Shown here in pieces: positions 22,338 to 31,234 of a DNA stretch of 64,000 nt. Position 1 is the first letter of the stretch. Each line of letters begins with the position of its first letter. The notes under the pieces were generated by a model, which was not told where the DNA came from, made no database searches, and saw only the letters and a list, made by a program, of their open reading frames with translations. Source of the stretch: a virus; IMG/VR virus record IMGVR_UViG_3300017991_000052. One strand, given 5' to 3'. The position numbers and the translations under genes were made by a program.

Positions 22338-22900
22338 TGTTACAAGTTATTTTTAAAGAAAAGGCTATTAAAAAAATTGAATATTTTACCCAATTGGCTC
22401 CAGGAGAAATTTCTGGATTAGGTAAAGTAGAAAAACAAGGTGATAAATTTATTATTGAAGATGTTTACTTACTTAAACAAACAAATTCTGCAGCTTATAC
22501 AGAATTAGATTCTGAAGCAATTAATGATTTTCTTATTGATATGATGAGTAAAGGAGAAGATCTTTCTAAGATAAAGTTATGGTGGCATACTCATGCTAAT
22601 TTTTCTGTTTTTTGGAGTGGGACAGACAAAGATACAATAGATAAATTTGCAAATGAATCTTATTTTATTTCTTTAGTAACAAACAAAGCTGGAGATTATA
22701 AAATTAGATTTGATTTTCACGCACCGGATAGACTGACATTTGATGATATTCCTCATGTAGTAGATTTTACAGATGATAATGATCTAAAAAGACAATGTGA
22801 AGAAGAATTTAATCAAAAAGTTAAAACTAGATTATATTGGGATGAACAGCCGCAATATGTTGAAAATAATGAACAAGAAATTGTGGAGCATGTAGTATAG
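22337..22900 (+). CDS. JAB/MPN metallo-isopeptidase
   Basis: GEISG; WWHTHANFSVFWSGTD (HxH..S..D). Confidence 0.85.
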   Translation: MLQVIFKEKAIKKIEYFTQLAPGEISGLGKVEKQGDKFIIEDVYLLKQTNSAAYTELDSEAINDFLIDMMSKGEDLSKIKLWWHTHANFSVFWSGTDKDTIDKFANESYFISLVTNKAGDYKIRFDFHAPDRLTFDDIPHVVDFTDDNDLKRQCEEEFNQKVKTRLYWDEQPQYVENNEQEIVEHVV

Positions 22901-22918
22901 CGGTAAAGGGGTTAAGCA

Positions 22919-23584
22919 ATGTCAGATGCACAAAGATTTTGGAGACAATTAGATATTGTCGATAGTGATAAATTAAATATCCCAATTACTATTATTGGAG
23001 CCGGCGCAATTGGATCATTTACTTGTTTAGCATTAGCTAAAATGGGATGTTCTAATATTACAGTATATGATATTGATAAAATTGAAGATTATAATCTACC
23101 AAATCAATTTTATAGAGAAAGTGATGTTGGTAAATTAAAAGTAAATGGGCTTTATGATCTTATAAAAGATTTTACTGGAGTTAAAATAAATATTAAAAAT
23201 GAAAAATATAAAAAACAAAATGTTGAAGGAATAGTTATATCTGCAGTTGATAATATGGAAACAAGAAAAGATTTATGGAAAAAAGTTGAATATAATCCTC
23301 AAGTAAAATTATTTGTAGATGGACGCATGGGCGCAGAAGTCATGAGAATTTATACTGTAAAACCTCATGATATAGATGAAGTAAAGATATTTGAAGATAA
23401 TTTATATACCGATAAAGAAGCTGCAGAAGAAAAATGTACAGAAAAAGCAATTATATATAATGTAACTGTAATAGGAGGTTTAATTGCTTCTAATATTAAG
23501 AAATATGTAATGGATCAAAAATATATAAAAGAAATAATATTTGATTTAAAAAATCTATATTTATTAGCGAGTGAAACAAAATAA
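22919..23584 (+). CDS. ThiF/E1-like activating enzyme
   Basis: RFWRQ, IIGAGAIGS, YDID..NLPNQ, AVDN..R, DGRMG, candidate Cys in EKCTEK. Confidence 0.9.
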   Translation: MSDAQRFWRQLDIVDSDKLNIPITIIGAGAIGSFTCLALAKMGCSNITVYDIDKIEDYNLPNQFYRESDVGKLKVNGLYDLIKDFTGVKINIKNEKYKKQNVEGIVISAVDNMETRKDLWKKVEYNPQVKLFVDGRMGAEVMRIYTVKPHDIDEVKIFEDNLYTDKEAAEEKCTEKAIIYNVTVIGGLIASNIKKYVMDQKYIKEIIFDLKNLYLLASETK

Positions 23585-23918
23585 TGTTATGTCTAAAAAT
23601 AAAAAACTTGATAATGTATTACTTGAAATAGCGAAAAAAAAGGAGCTAATTGCAAAGATAAACACAATTAATTATAATAGTTTTGAGAAAGATGCTTCTA
23701 AAGTTATAGATATTCTTCCTCAATTGACTAATAATGATGATTTTAAAGTATTAAATGTGTTTAATGTTGATAAAAAAGTACAGTATAAAAAATATAGCTT
23801 ATATAAGAAATTTAATATATTTATGTATATTGAAGGATTTAAAAGGGCTTTAGAAATAATGGGTGAAACTTTTATTAGTGATGCAATAAAAGATGATTTA
23901 TATGAACAATCAATATGA
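23571..23918 (+). CDS. Hypothetical; C-terminal tag LYEQSI
   Basis: Between E1 and clpC, overlapping neighbours. Confidence 0.65.
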   Translation: MKQNNVMSKNKKLDNVLLEIAKKKELIAKINTINYNSFEKDASKVIDILPQLTNNDDFKVLNVFNVDKKVQYKKYSLYKKFNIFMYIEGFKRALEIMGETFISDAIKDDLYEQSI

Positions 23919-24184
23919 GTGATTATGTAATTGGGATTTTAAGTAATGAATTAGATAAATTAAAAACAATAGCATCACGACTTGAGGGCGAATTAACAGA
24001 ACATGAAGTATATGCTAATCAAACGAGGGATAGTTTAATATTAATAAGGCAAGCTATTAAAGAAATTGAAGATGAATTAAAAGGAGAATATATAGAACTT
24101 AACGAAGGAGTATCACCGATATCGTTACTTAAAATAAGTGAAATTATAAGAAAAGAAAATAATATATCGGAGGAAAGTTTATGA
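23915..24184 (+). CDS. Coiled-coil protein; C-terminal tag ISEESL
   Basis: ATGA overlap with clpC start. Confidence 0.7.
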   Translation: MSDYVIGILSNELDKLKTIASRLEGELTEHEVYANQTRDSLILIRQAIKEIEDELKGEYIELNEGVSPISLLKISEIIRKENNISEESL

Positions 24185-26712
24185 GTTTATGTCAAGAATG
24201 CGGTAGAAATGAAGCTCAATATACTGCAATTTTTAATGTTAATGGCCAAGATATTCAAAAGCCAGTATGTGAACAATGTTATAATAAACTTCAATTAAGT
24301 GTTGATGACGCCACAAAAGAAGTATATCATAAATTAAGCGAATCTACAAAATTAGTAATTTATTATGCTCGCAGACAAGCAAGAGAACGAAGACATAAAT
24401 TTGTTTTAAATGATCATTTAGTTTATGGTATAATTTTAGAGAATGGAACTGGATATTCGACATTAGAAAGTGCTGGAGCAAATGTTGACCAATTAAAAGG
24501 GCAAATTGATTGGGCTTTAAATTCAGTTACTGATCTAGTACCTAGAAATAGTGGAGAAGAGCCTCAATTATCAGATGAAATAAAAGGCACTTTAAAAAGA
24601 TCTCTTGAGATTATTAATAAAATAGAATTTCCAGAAATAGAACCTGAACACATATTATTATCTATTACAGAAGATAGAAATTCAGCAATATCTAAAAATT
24701 TAAAAAGAAATTTTAATATTGATACAATAAAACTTTTAAGAGAATTAGAATCTCAATTACCAGAGTCAGTAGATCTCGTTAAAAAATATAAAGAAAATGA
24801 TATTAAAAAATCTGCTTTAGAAAAATATAGTAGAGATTTAACTAAATTGGCTAAAATGGATAAACTAGATCCATGTATTGGTCGAGCAGATGAAATAGAA
24901 CGAGTTGTACATATACTATCAAGAAGAAGAAAAAATAATCCAGTGCTTGTAGGAGAAGCTGGAGTTGGTAAAACAGCTATTGTTGAAGGATTAGCAAGAA
25001 GAATTGTTGAAGCTGATGTACCAGCTTGTTTATTAACTAAAAGATTATTAGCTTTAGATTTAAATGCTATGTTAGCAGGAACTCGCTTTAGAGGTGAATT
25101 TGAAGAAAGAATTAAAAAAGTAATTGATGAAGTTAAAGCTAAAAGTGGAGAGATCATATTATTCATTGATGAATTACATAATTTAATTGGAGCTGGTGCT
25201 GGCGGCGGTCAAGGTATGGATGCTGCTAATATTTTAAAACCAGAACTTGCTCGCGGTGAATTACAATGTATTGGAGCAACAACTCATGATGAATATAGTA
25301 TGTATATTGAACATGATAAAGCTCTAGAAAGACGTTTTCAATTAGTTGAGGTTATTGAACCATCAGTTTCAGAAGCTAAACAAATATTACATGGAGTACA
25401 AGATCGTTATGCAAATTATCATCATGTTAAAATAAATAAAGATGCGATAGATGCTGCAGTTGATTTATCAGTTAAATATATTTCAAATAGATATTTACCC
25501 GATAAAGCAATTGATCTTATGGACGAAGCAGGAGCAAAAGTAAAATTAACAGCTCAAAAATTACCTAAAGAAATAATTGAATTAAAGAAAGAAATAATTA
25601 AAAGTAAAAGAGAAAAAAAAGATGTTACTAAACAAGAAGTTGAAGCTAAAAAGTTAATGGATGAATGGAGAGAAAAAAATAATAAATTATCTCTTATAGT
25701 TAATAAAAATGATATTGCTATGGTAGTAAGTAAATGGACAAAGATACCAGTAACAGATTTAATAAAAGAAGAAAAAATAAAATTATTGCATTTAGAAGAT
25801 AAATTACATGAAAAAGTTGTTGGTCAAGATCAAGCAATTAAATCTTTATGTAATGCTATAAGAAGAGCAAGAGTTGGGATTAAAGATCCCAAAAGACCAA
25901 TTGGTTCTTTCATATTTGCTGGTAAGACTGGTGTAGGTAAAACATTAATAGCTAGAACTCTTGCTGAATACTTATTTGGGTCACCAGAACACTTTATAAA
26001 GATCGATATGTCTGAATATATGGAGAAACATACAGTATCAAGATTAATTGGCGCTCCGCCTGGATATGTAGGTTATGATCAAGGTGGACAATTAGTTGAA
26101 CATGTAAGAAAACATCCTTATACAGTTATATTATTAGATGAAGTAGAAAAAGCTCATCCAGATATATTTAATGTTCTTTTACAAGTTATGGAAGATGGTG
26201 TATTAACAGATGGAAGGGCAAGAAAAGCAGATTGTAGAAATGCTATTATAATTATGACTACAAATATTAGTGCAACTCAAAGAGATTATCATATTGGATT
26301 TAATAGTACAAACATTGAAACAGAAGAAGAATATGAGAAATTAAAATCTACTCAAGAAAAGGCTTTAAAAAATCATTTTAAACCTGAATTTTTAAATCGT
26401 GTAGATGATATTATTGTATTTCATAACCTTAATAAAACTCATATGACTTATATAGTTGATTTAATGATCAAAGAATTGGCAGAAAGAATGAAAGAACAAG
26501 AATTGAAATTACAAATTAATAAAGAAGTAAAAGAATTATTAGTAAAAGAAGGCTTTAATAAAGAATATGGAGCAAGATCTTTAAGAAGATATATAGTAAA
26601 GAAAATTGAAAATCCTTTGGCTGAAGAATTGTTAACTGATAAATTTAAGCCAAAAGATACAATTATTGTTAAAAAAGAAAAAGAAGATATTCTATTTGAT
26701 ATAGAAAAATAA
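24181..26712 (+). CDS. clpC: ClpC-type AAA+ unfoldase with N-terminal CxxC...CxxC finger
   Basis: Clp-N repeats, GEAGVGKT, FIDELH, GKTGVGKT, LLDEVEKAH, IGF loop. Confidence 0.92.
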   Translation: MSLCQECGRNEAQYTAIFNVNGQDIQKPVCEQCYNKLQLSVDDATKEVYHKLSESTKLVIYYARRQARERRHKFVLNDHLVYGIILENGTGYSTLESAGANVDQLKGQIDWALNSVTDLVPRNSGEEPQLSDEIKGTLKRSLEIINKIEFPEIEPEHILLSITEDRNSAISKNLKRNFNIDTIKLLRELESQLPESVDLVKKYKENDIKKSALEKYSRDLTKLAKMDKLDPCIGRADEIERVVHILSRRRKNNPVLVGEAGVGKTAIVEGLARRIVEADVPACLLTKRLLALDLNAMLAGTRFRGEFEERIKKVIDEVKAKSGEIILFIDELHNLIGAGAGGGQGMDAANILKPELARGELQCIGATTHDEYSMYIEHDKALERRFQLVEVIEPSVSEAKQILHGVQDRYANYHHVKINKDAIDAAVDLSVKYISNRYLPDKAIDLMDEAGAKVKLTAQKLPKEIIELKKEIIKSKREKKDVTKQEVEAKKLMDEWREKNNKLSLIVNKNDIAMVVSKWTKIPVTDLIKEEKIKLLHLEDKLHEKVVGQDQAIKSLCNAIRRARVGIKDPKRPIGSFIFAGKTGVGKTLIARTLAEYLFGSPEHFIKIDMSEYMEKHTVSRLIGAPPGYVGYDQGGQLVEHVRKHPYTVILLDEVEKAHPDIFNVLLQVMEDGVLTDGRARKADCRNAIIIMTTNISATQRDYHIGFNSTNIETEEEYEKLKSTQEKALKNHFKPEFLNRVDDIIVFHNLNKTHMTYIVDLMIKELAERMKEQELKLQINKEVKELLVKEGFNKEYGARSLRRYIVKKIENPLAEELLTDKFKPKDTIIVKKEKEDILFDIEK

Positions 26713-26845
26713 AATAATCATAGATGATTTAGCAATATCAATAAACCACAATAATGGTGACAAACATACCAATATTTTAATACCTTTCATTGCTAGTTTT
26801 ACTGATGTTTATAAAAAAGATAGAACTTATCATTTTGATGTCAAT

Positions 26846-26974
26846 ATGATCAATGGAGAAAATCACACTATTGGAGGAAGAAATAAACAGGATATTGAAG
26901 ATTCTCATAAATATTTAGTAAAAAGATTAAGAAAATATTATGAGTCTAAAATATTTTTTGAACAAACTTTATGA
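26846..26974 (+). CDS. Small ORF after clpC ending in tag variant FFEQTL (frame open from 26705; true start uncertain)
   Basis: ATGA overlap with 26971; ends SKIFFEQTL. Confidence 0.5.
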   Translation: MINGENHTIGGRNKQDIEDSHKYLVKRLRKYYESKIFFEQTL

Positions 26975-27563
26975 TAAAACCAAGTAAAGAATTTAATTTT
27001 GATGATTGGATAGATGAAACAACTGTTTTAGCGGAGATCTATTATTTTTTTTATAGATTATTTCATAAAATAGGGAGAATACCTATACATATTAAATGGA
27101 TTTTTCAAAAGATATTTAGAGGATATTCAGATAATGATCTTTGGGCATTAGATTATACATTATCAAAAGTGATATTACCATATTTAAAAGGATTTAGAAA
27201 AACTAATAAAATGGGATATCCAATGGGTATGAAAGGTAAAATGAAAGAATGGCATAAAACAATAGATAAAATGATATGGAGTTTTGAACAAGCATTAGAA
27301 GATCATAGTTACTGTCCAGATTATTTATGGGATAAAAAAATGAAAAATTTTAAAAAAGATAAACTTGAAGAATATAATAAAAAATTACAAGAGGGATTTG
27401 ATTTATTTGCAAAATACTTTACAAATTTATGGGATTAAAAATGAAAGATAAACTTTTTAGGTGGTTTATTCAATGTCAGGTCGCCAGACTATGACGCCTG
27501 GTTAGTATATATTTTACTTACCAGGTGTGATATAATAGTCACACCTTTTTAGTCTATATGTAC

Positions 27564-27638
27564 GGGGGAATGGTGCTAGTGGTAACACATTTGACTTGCA
27601 ATCAAAAGTCTCGGGTTCGATTCCCGGTTCCTCCACCA
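27564..27638 (+). tRNA. tRNA-Ala(UGC)
   Basis: Cloverleaf, G3:U70, CCA encoded. Confidence 0.95.
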
Positions 27639-27639
27639 G

Positions 27640-27710
27640 TGGGAGGTCGTCTAACGGCAGGACACGGGGCTTTGAACTCCGGAATGATGGTTCGATTCCA
27701 TCCCTCCCAG
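27640..27710 (+). tRNA. tRNA-Gln(UUG)
   Basis: CGGGG-CTTTGAA-CTCCG; no CCA. Confidence 0.95.
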
Positions 27711-27724
27711 CAAAGGATAATTTA

Positions 27725-28261
27725 ATGACAAAAGTTATAAATTTATTAGGTGGTTCTAGTGTTGGTAAATCAACAACAAGTTGTGGGTTGTATTATAATA
27801 TGAAATTAAAGAAGATCAATGTTGAATTAGTTAGAGAATATGTAAAAATGTGGGCGTGGCTTGGAAGAGAAGTTCATCCTTATGATCAAATATATATATC
27901 AGGGAAACAGGCTCAATTAGAGTCATCTTTATATAATAAAGTTGATTATATTATAACAGATTCTCCGTTATTATTAGGACCAATATATGAATTATTTTAT
28001 ACAAAGAATTCTATTGTATTACCATCTGTACAAAGACAATTAAATTATGCAAAAGAAAATGCAGTAGAACATATAAATTATGTATTAGAAAGACACCAAA
28101 AATATTCTCAATTAGGAAGATTTCAAAATGAGGAATCAGCAAAAGCATTTGATAAATTTTTAATAGAATGGTTAAATAATTTAAATATTAAATATAAAAT
28201 ATGTAAAGTACCCGACTTAGAAAGAGTCGATTGGATACTAAGTGATTTGAAAATTAAATAA
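27725..28261 (+). CDS. P-loop NTPase/kinase (NadR/AAA_28-like)
   Basis: INLLGGSSVGKST, LVREYVK, IITDSP; upstream part of the track ORF is tRNA. Confidence 0.75.
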   Translation: MTKVINLLGGSSVGKSTTSCGLYYNMKLKKINVELVREYVKMWAWLGREVHPYDQIYISGKQAQLESSLYNKVDYIITDSPLLLGPIYELFYTKNSIVLPSVQRQLNYAKENAVEHINYVLERHQKYSQLGRFQNEESAKAFDKFLIEWLNNLNIKYKICKVPDLERVDWILSDLKIK

Positions 28262-28545
28262 TTCTCCTGCTCAGTAGATACTATGTGTCGCTCGTGCAGG
28301 AATCCCCGTTAGCCAATAGGTTAGCGGTGTAAAAAGATGTGGCAGAAGGTATTGCATTTTCTTAACATACTTGGGCCGTGACTGTCCGTTAAGAAAAGTC
28401 CTCGATCATCACGGTGCGATGGAGGTATAAGGTCACTATACAAGTCAACGGACAAGGCTCTGGCGGGTTAAGGCCTACTTAGTGGTAATAAAGTCCCGAT
28501 GGGTAGCGAGTGGTTGAAAATCTTGTCAAATCCTTATCATCTTTA
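28262..28545 (+). ncRNA. Unidentified structured RNA candidate (~285 nt) preceding tRNA array
   Basis: GC-rich non-coding stretch with several stems (see findings). Confidence 0.55.
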
Positions 28546-28546
28546 A

Positions 28547-28622
28547 GCGGGATTGGTGTTAATGGCTAGCACGCCTGGCTTCCAACCAGGAGGTATCGGT
28601 TCGAATCCGATATCCCGCTCCA
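28547..28622 (+). tRNA. tRNA-Gly(UCC)
   Basis: CCTGG-CTTCCAA-CCAGG; CCA. Confidence 0.95.
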
Positions 28623-28623
28623 A

Positions 28624-28696
28624 GGGGATGTAGACAAGTGGTCAAGTCATTGCCTTTTCAAGGCGACATTCGCAGGTTCGAATCCTGTCATCCCTA
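28624..28696 (+). tRNA. tRNA-Glu(UUC)
   Basis: TTGCC-TTTTCAA-GGCGA; no CCA. Confidence 0.9.
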
Positions 28697-28699
28697 CAG

Positions 28700-28773
28700 C
28701 GGAGTGTAGCTCAATTGGTTAGAGCGTTCGACCGATAATCGAGAGGTAGATGGTTCGACTCCATCCACTCCGA
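28700..28773 (+). tRNA. tRNA-Ile(GAU)
   Basis: TTCGA-CCGATAA-TCGAG; C33; no CCA. Confidence 0.9.
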
Positions 28774-28781
28774 CCGAAATA

Positions 28782-28857
28782 GGGAGTATGGTGTAATTGG
28801 TTAATAACATCTTTGGCTCCAAACCAAAGGATTAGAGTTCGAATCTTTATACTCCCG
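28782..28857 (+). tRNA. tRNA-Trp(CCA)
   Basis: TTTGG-CTCCAAA-CCAAA; no CCA. Confidence 0.9.
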
Positions 28858-28865
28858 CAAAGAAT

Positions 28866-28937
28866 GGTCCCATAGTGTAGTGGTCAGCACGCCACTCTGT
28901 CACAGTGGTAGCACGGGTTCGAGTCCCGTTGGGACCG
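28866..28937 (+). tRNA. tRNA-Asp(GUC)
   Basis: CCACT-CTGTCAC-AGTGG; no CCA. Confidence 0.95.
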
Positions 28938-28942
28938 CATAG

Positions 28943-29017
28943 AGCTCTGTAGCTCAGTGGAATAAGAGCAGCTCCCTACGAAGGAGAAGGTCGTAGGTTC
29001 GAATCCTATCAGGGCTG
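28943..29017 (+). tRNA. tRNA-Arg(ACG)
   Basis: CTCC-CTACGAA-GGAG; no CCA. Confidence 0.9.
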
Positions 29018-29023
29018 CAAAGA

Positions 29024-29098
29024 GGGTCTGTAGCTCAGTGGTAGAGCGCTAGCTTGAAGCGCTAGGCGTTGGAAGTTCGATTCTTTCCAGGCCCACCA
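29024..29098 (+). tRNA. tRNA-Phe(GAA)
   Basis: CTAGC-TTGAAGC-GCTAG; CCA. Confidence 0.9.
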
Positions 29099-29099
29099 A

Positions 29100-29177
29100 G
29101 TGGCTGTAGCTCAGTCTGGACAGAGCATCGGCCTTCTAAGCCGAATGTCGCAGGTTCAAATCCTGCCAGCCACGCCA
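29100..29177 (+). tRNA. tRNA-Arg(UCU)
   Basis: TCGGC-CTTCTAA-GCCGA; CCA. Confidence 0.95.
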
Positions 29178-29178
29178 G

Positions 29179-29250
29179 GGCGGGGTAGCCAAGTGGTAAG
29201 GCAGCGGTCTGCAAAACCGTTCATCGGAGGTTCAAATCCTCTCCCCGCCT
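29179..29250 (+). tRNA. tRNA-Cys(GCA)
   Basis: GCGGT-CTGCAAA-ACCGT; U73; no CCA. Confidence 0.95.
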
Positions 29251-29255
29251 CATAG

Positions 29256-29331
29256 AGCCCTTTAGCTCAGTTGGGAGAGCGCTTCCCTTACAAGGAAGAT
29301 GTCGGCGGTTCAAACCCGTCAAGGGCTACCA
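29256..29331 (+). tRNA. tRNA-Val(UAC)
   Basis: CTTCC-CTTACAA-GGAAG; CCA. Confidence 0.95.
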
Positions 29332-29350
29332 AAAAAAGGAGTAAAAAAAA

Positions 29351-29719
29351 ATGAAAGTAATATATGTAGCAGGTAAATATTCAGGAAAGGGATATTCTGA
29401 GATAGAAGATAACATAAAGAGAGCAGAAAAAGCATCTATAAAATTATTTAGAAAAGGATGGGCTGTAATTACCCCACATAAAAATACTGCCCATTATGAG
29501 ATATATGAAGATGAGACTCTTACTTATGAAATGTGGTTAGCTGCAGATATGGAAATGTTAAAAAGAAGCGATGCAATATTTCTTTTGAATGGATGGCAGA
29601 ATTCCCACGGAGCAGTGAAAGAACAACAATATGCATTAGGAAATAATATGCCTGTATTTTATGAAGATGAAGGAATTCCCGAACCAAACATGATTGAAAA
29701 AGAGGTTGTAAAAGTATGA
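29351..29719 (+). CDS. Nucleoside-deoxyribosyltransferase-like (DUF1937/DUF4406-like) protein
   Basis: IYVAGKYS, ITPH, MLKRSDAIFLL.GWQNSHGAVKE. Confidence 0.7.
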   Translation: MKVIYVAGKYSGKGYSEIEDNIKRAEKASIKLFRKGWAVITPHKNTAHYEIYEDETLTYEMWLAADMEMLKRSDAIFLLNGWQNSHGAVKEQQYALGNNMPVFYEDEGIPEPNMIEKEVVKV

Positions 29720-30069
29720 AAGCAATAATTGCTGGATCTAGAAGAATATATAAAGATAATACAGTAAATTTTATACAAGAAATTGTAGATAAATCTGGAT
29801 TTAATATAGAAATATTAGTATGCGGTATGGCCCATGGTGTTGATATGATGGCACATTTTTGGGCTAGAGAGACTGGTATTCCTATTAAAGAATTTCCAGC
29901 TGATTGGGATAAATATGGTAAAAGCGCTGGACCTATAAGGAATCAAGAAATGTTAAAATATGCAGATGCATTAATTGCTATTTGGGATGGAGAGAGTAAG
30001 GGAACCAAACATATGATCTCAATAGCAAAAAAGAAAGGTATTAAAGTTTTTATATATGATTATAAATGA
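29716..30069 (+). CDS. SLOG/YspA-like (DUF2493) protein
   Basis: IIAGSR, GMAHGVD, FPADWDKYGKSAGPIRNQEM, SKGTKHM. Confidence 0.85.
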   Translation: MKAIIAGSRRIYKDNTVNFIQEIVDKSGFNIEILVCGMAHGVDMMAHFWARETGIPIKEFPADWDKYGKSAGPIRNQEMLKYADALIAIWDGESKGTKHMISIAKKKGIKVFIYDYK

Positions 30070-30130
30070 GAAAAAGTATGTACCTTTAAAAGAAAAAATG
30101 TTATAATATCCCAATCTACGGAGGTGTTAT

Positions 30131-30376
30131 ATGCCTGTAATAGAAAAAGTTAAAAGAGTTATGAATATTTTAAATTATAAAGGCCATTCAGAACTTGAAT
30201 GGGATGCTAATAATGAAATTGAAATTAAAAATATGGAAAAGAAATTTGAAGAAATGATTGATAAAGGTTATACTGCATTTAAAGTAGATCCTAAAACAAA
30301 AGAATCTAAAAAAATCACAAAATTTGATCCATTAGCTGAAGAAATAACAATGACTCCGCCTGCACGAAAGGGGTAA
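30131..30376 (+). CDS. Small protein, possible second Ubl-like modifier (ends PPARKG)
   Basis: 81 aa, beta-rich, FDPLAEEITMTPPARKG; own promoter; ThiF gene downstream. Confidence 0.4.
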   Translation: MPVIEKVKRVMNILNYKGHSELEWDANNEIEIKNMEKKFEEMIDKGYTAFKVDPKTKESKKITKFDPLAEEITMTPPARKG

Positions 30377-30379
30377 GTA

Positions 30380-31234
30380 ATGGCAGCTTCAGTTTGTGCC
30401 GCTGAAGATAGAGGTACTTATACTCAATTATATTGGGAAGATACAAATACTAATTCTACTGCAAATTGGATTTGTGGGTCAACTGAAGATTTAACTTCTA
30501 CTGGAACTTATACTGGCAATACTATGCGTTTTTATTCTACAGGAAGTTCTACTACATGGGCAGGTGTGGATTGGACAGGGGATACTACAACATCAGCAAC
30601 AGGATATATTACTTTTAATACTTATGATTATGATTTACATGATGAACATTATTATGTTTATGCTAATGGGGAATTAATAAAAACAAAGAATGAAATTGTT
30701 ACTGAAGATTCTATTGAGGAGATTATTAAAGAAAAACGTAGACAGAAATGGATACAACAATTAAGAGAAAAACGACTTACCATTAAACTGCAAAAAGCTG
30801 AGAATAGAGGATTAACTTTATTAGAAAGATTAATTGATCAACAACAAGTAAAAAGTTATTTAGAAAAGGGATATATAGATATTAATAGTCTTGATAATAC
30901 AAAAGTTTATAGAATATTTAAAGATGATAGTCAATTTATCAAAGTATACGAGAAAAAACCACAACTTGTTGTATCAAAAAATATAAAAGAAGCATTAACT
31001 ACAGCTCAAAAAATGAAAAAAATGGATGAGTTTGTTCTTAATGGCGAAACATTTATATTAAAAAGAACTGTATGTACCCATCATCGAAATCAACAAGAAA
31101 TACCACAAGTTGATGCAGTTATTTCTAAAATAATTCATTTAAGATCTAATATGCAATTAAAAGATTTTGGAAATGTGTATGAAAAAGGTGAATTAACTTG
31201 TGCTCAAAATGAACCAATAAGGATAGCCGCATAA
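30380..31234 (+). CDS. Hypothetical with Thr/Ser/Gly-rich N-terminus and C-terminal CxH-containing domain
   Basis: ORF track; VCTHH...P.VD motif. Confidence 0.6.
   Translation: MAASVCAAEDRGTYTQLYWEDTNTNSTANWICGSTEDLTSTGTYTGNTMRFYSTGSSTTWAGVDWTGDTTTSATGYITFNTYDYDLHDEHYYVYANGELIKTKNEIVTEDSIEEIIKEKRRQKWIQQLREKRLTIKLQKAENRGLTLLERLIDQQQVKSYLEKGYIDINSLDNTKVYRIFKDDSQFIKVYEKKPQLVVSKNIKEALTTAQKMKKMDEFVLNGETFILKRTVCTHHRNQQEIPQVDAVISKIIHLRSNMQLKDFGNVYEKGELTCAQNEPIRIAA

Noticed and set aside
27596-27724. N-terminal extension of the P-loop ORF
   Set aside because: It is tRNA-Ala/Gln sequence; the real start is 27725.
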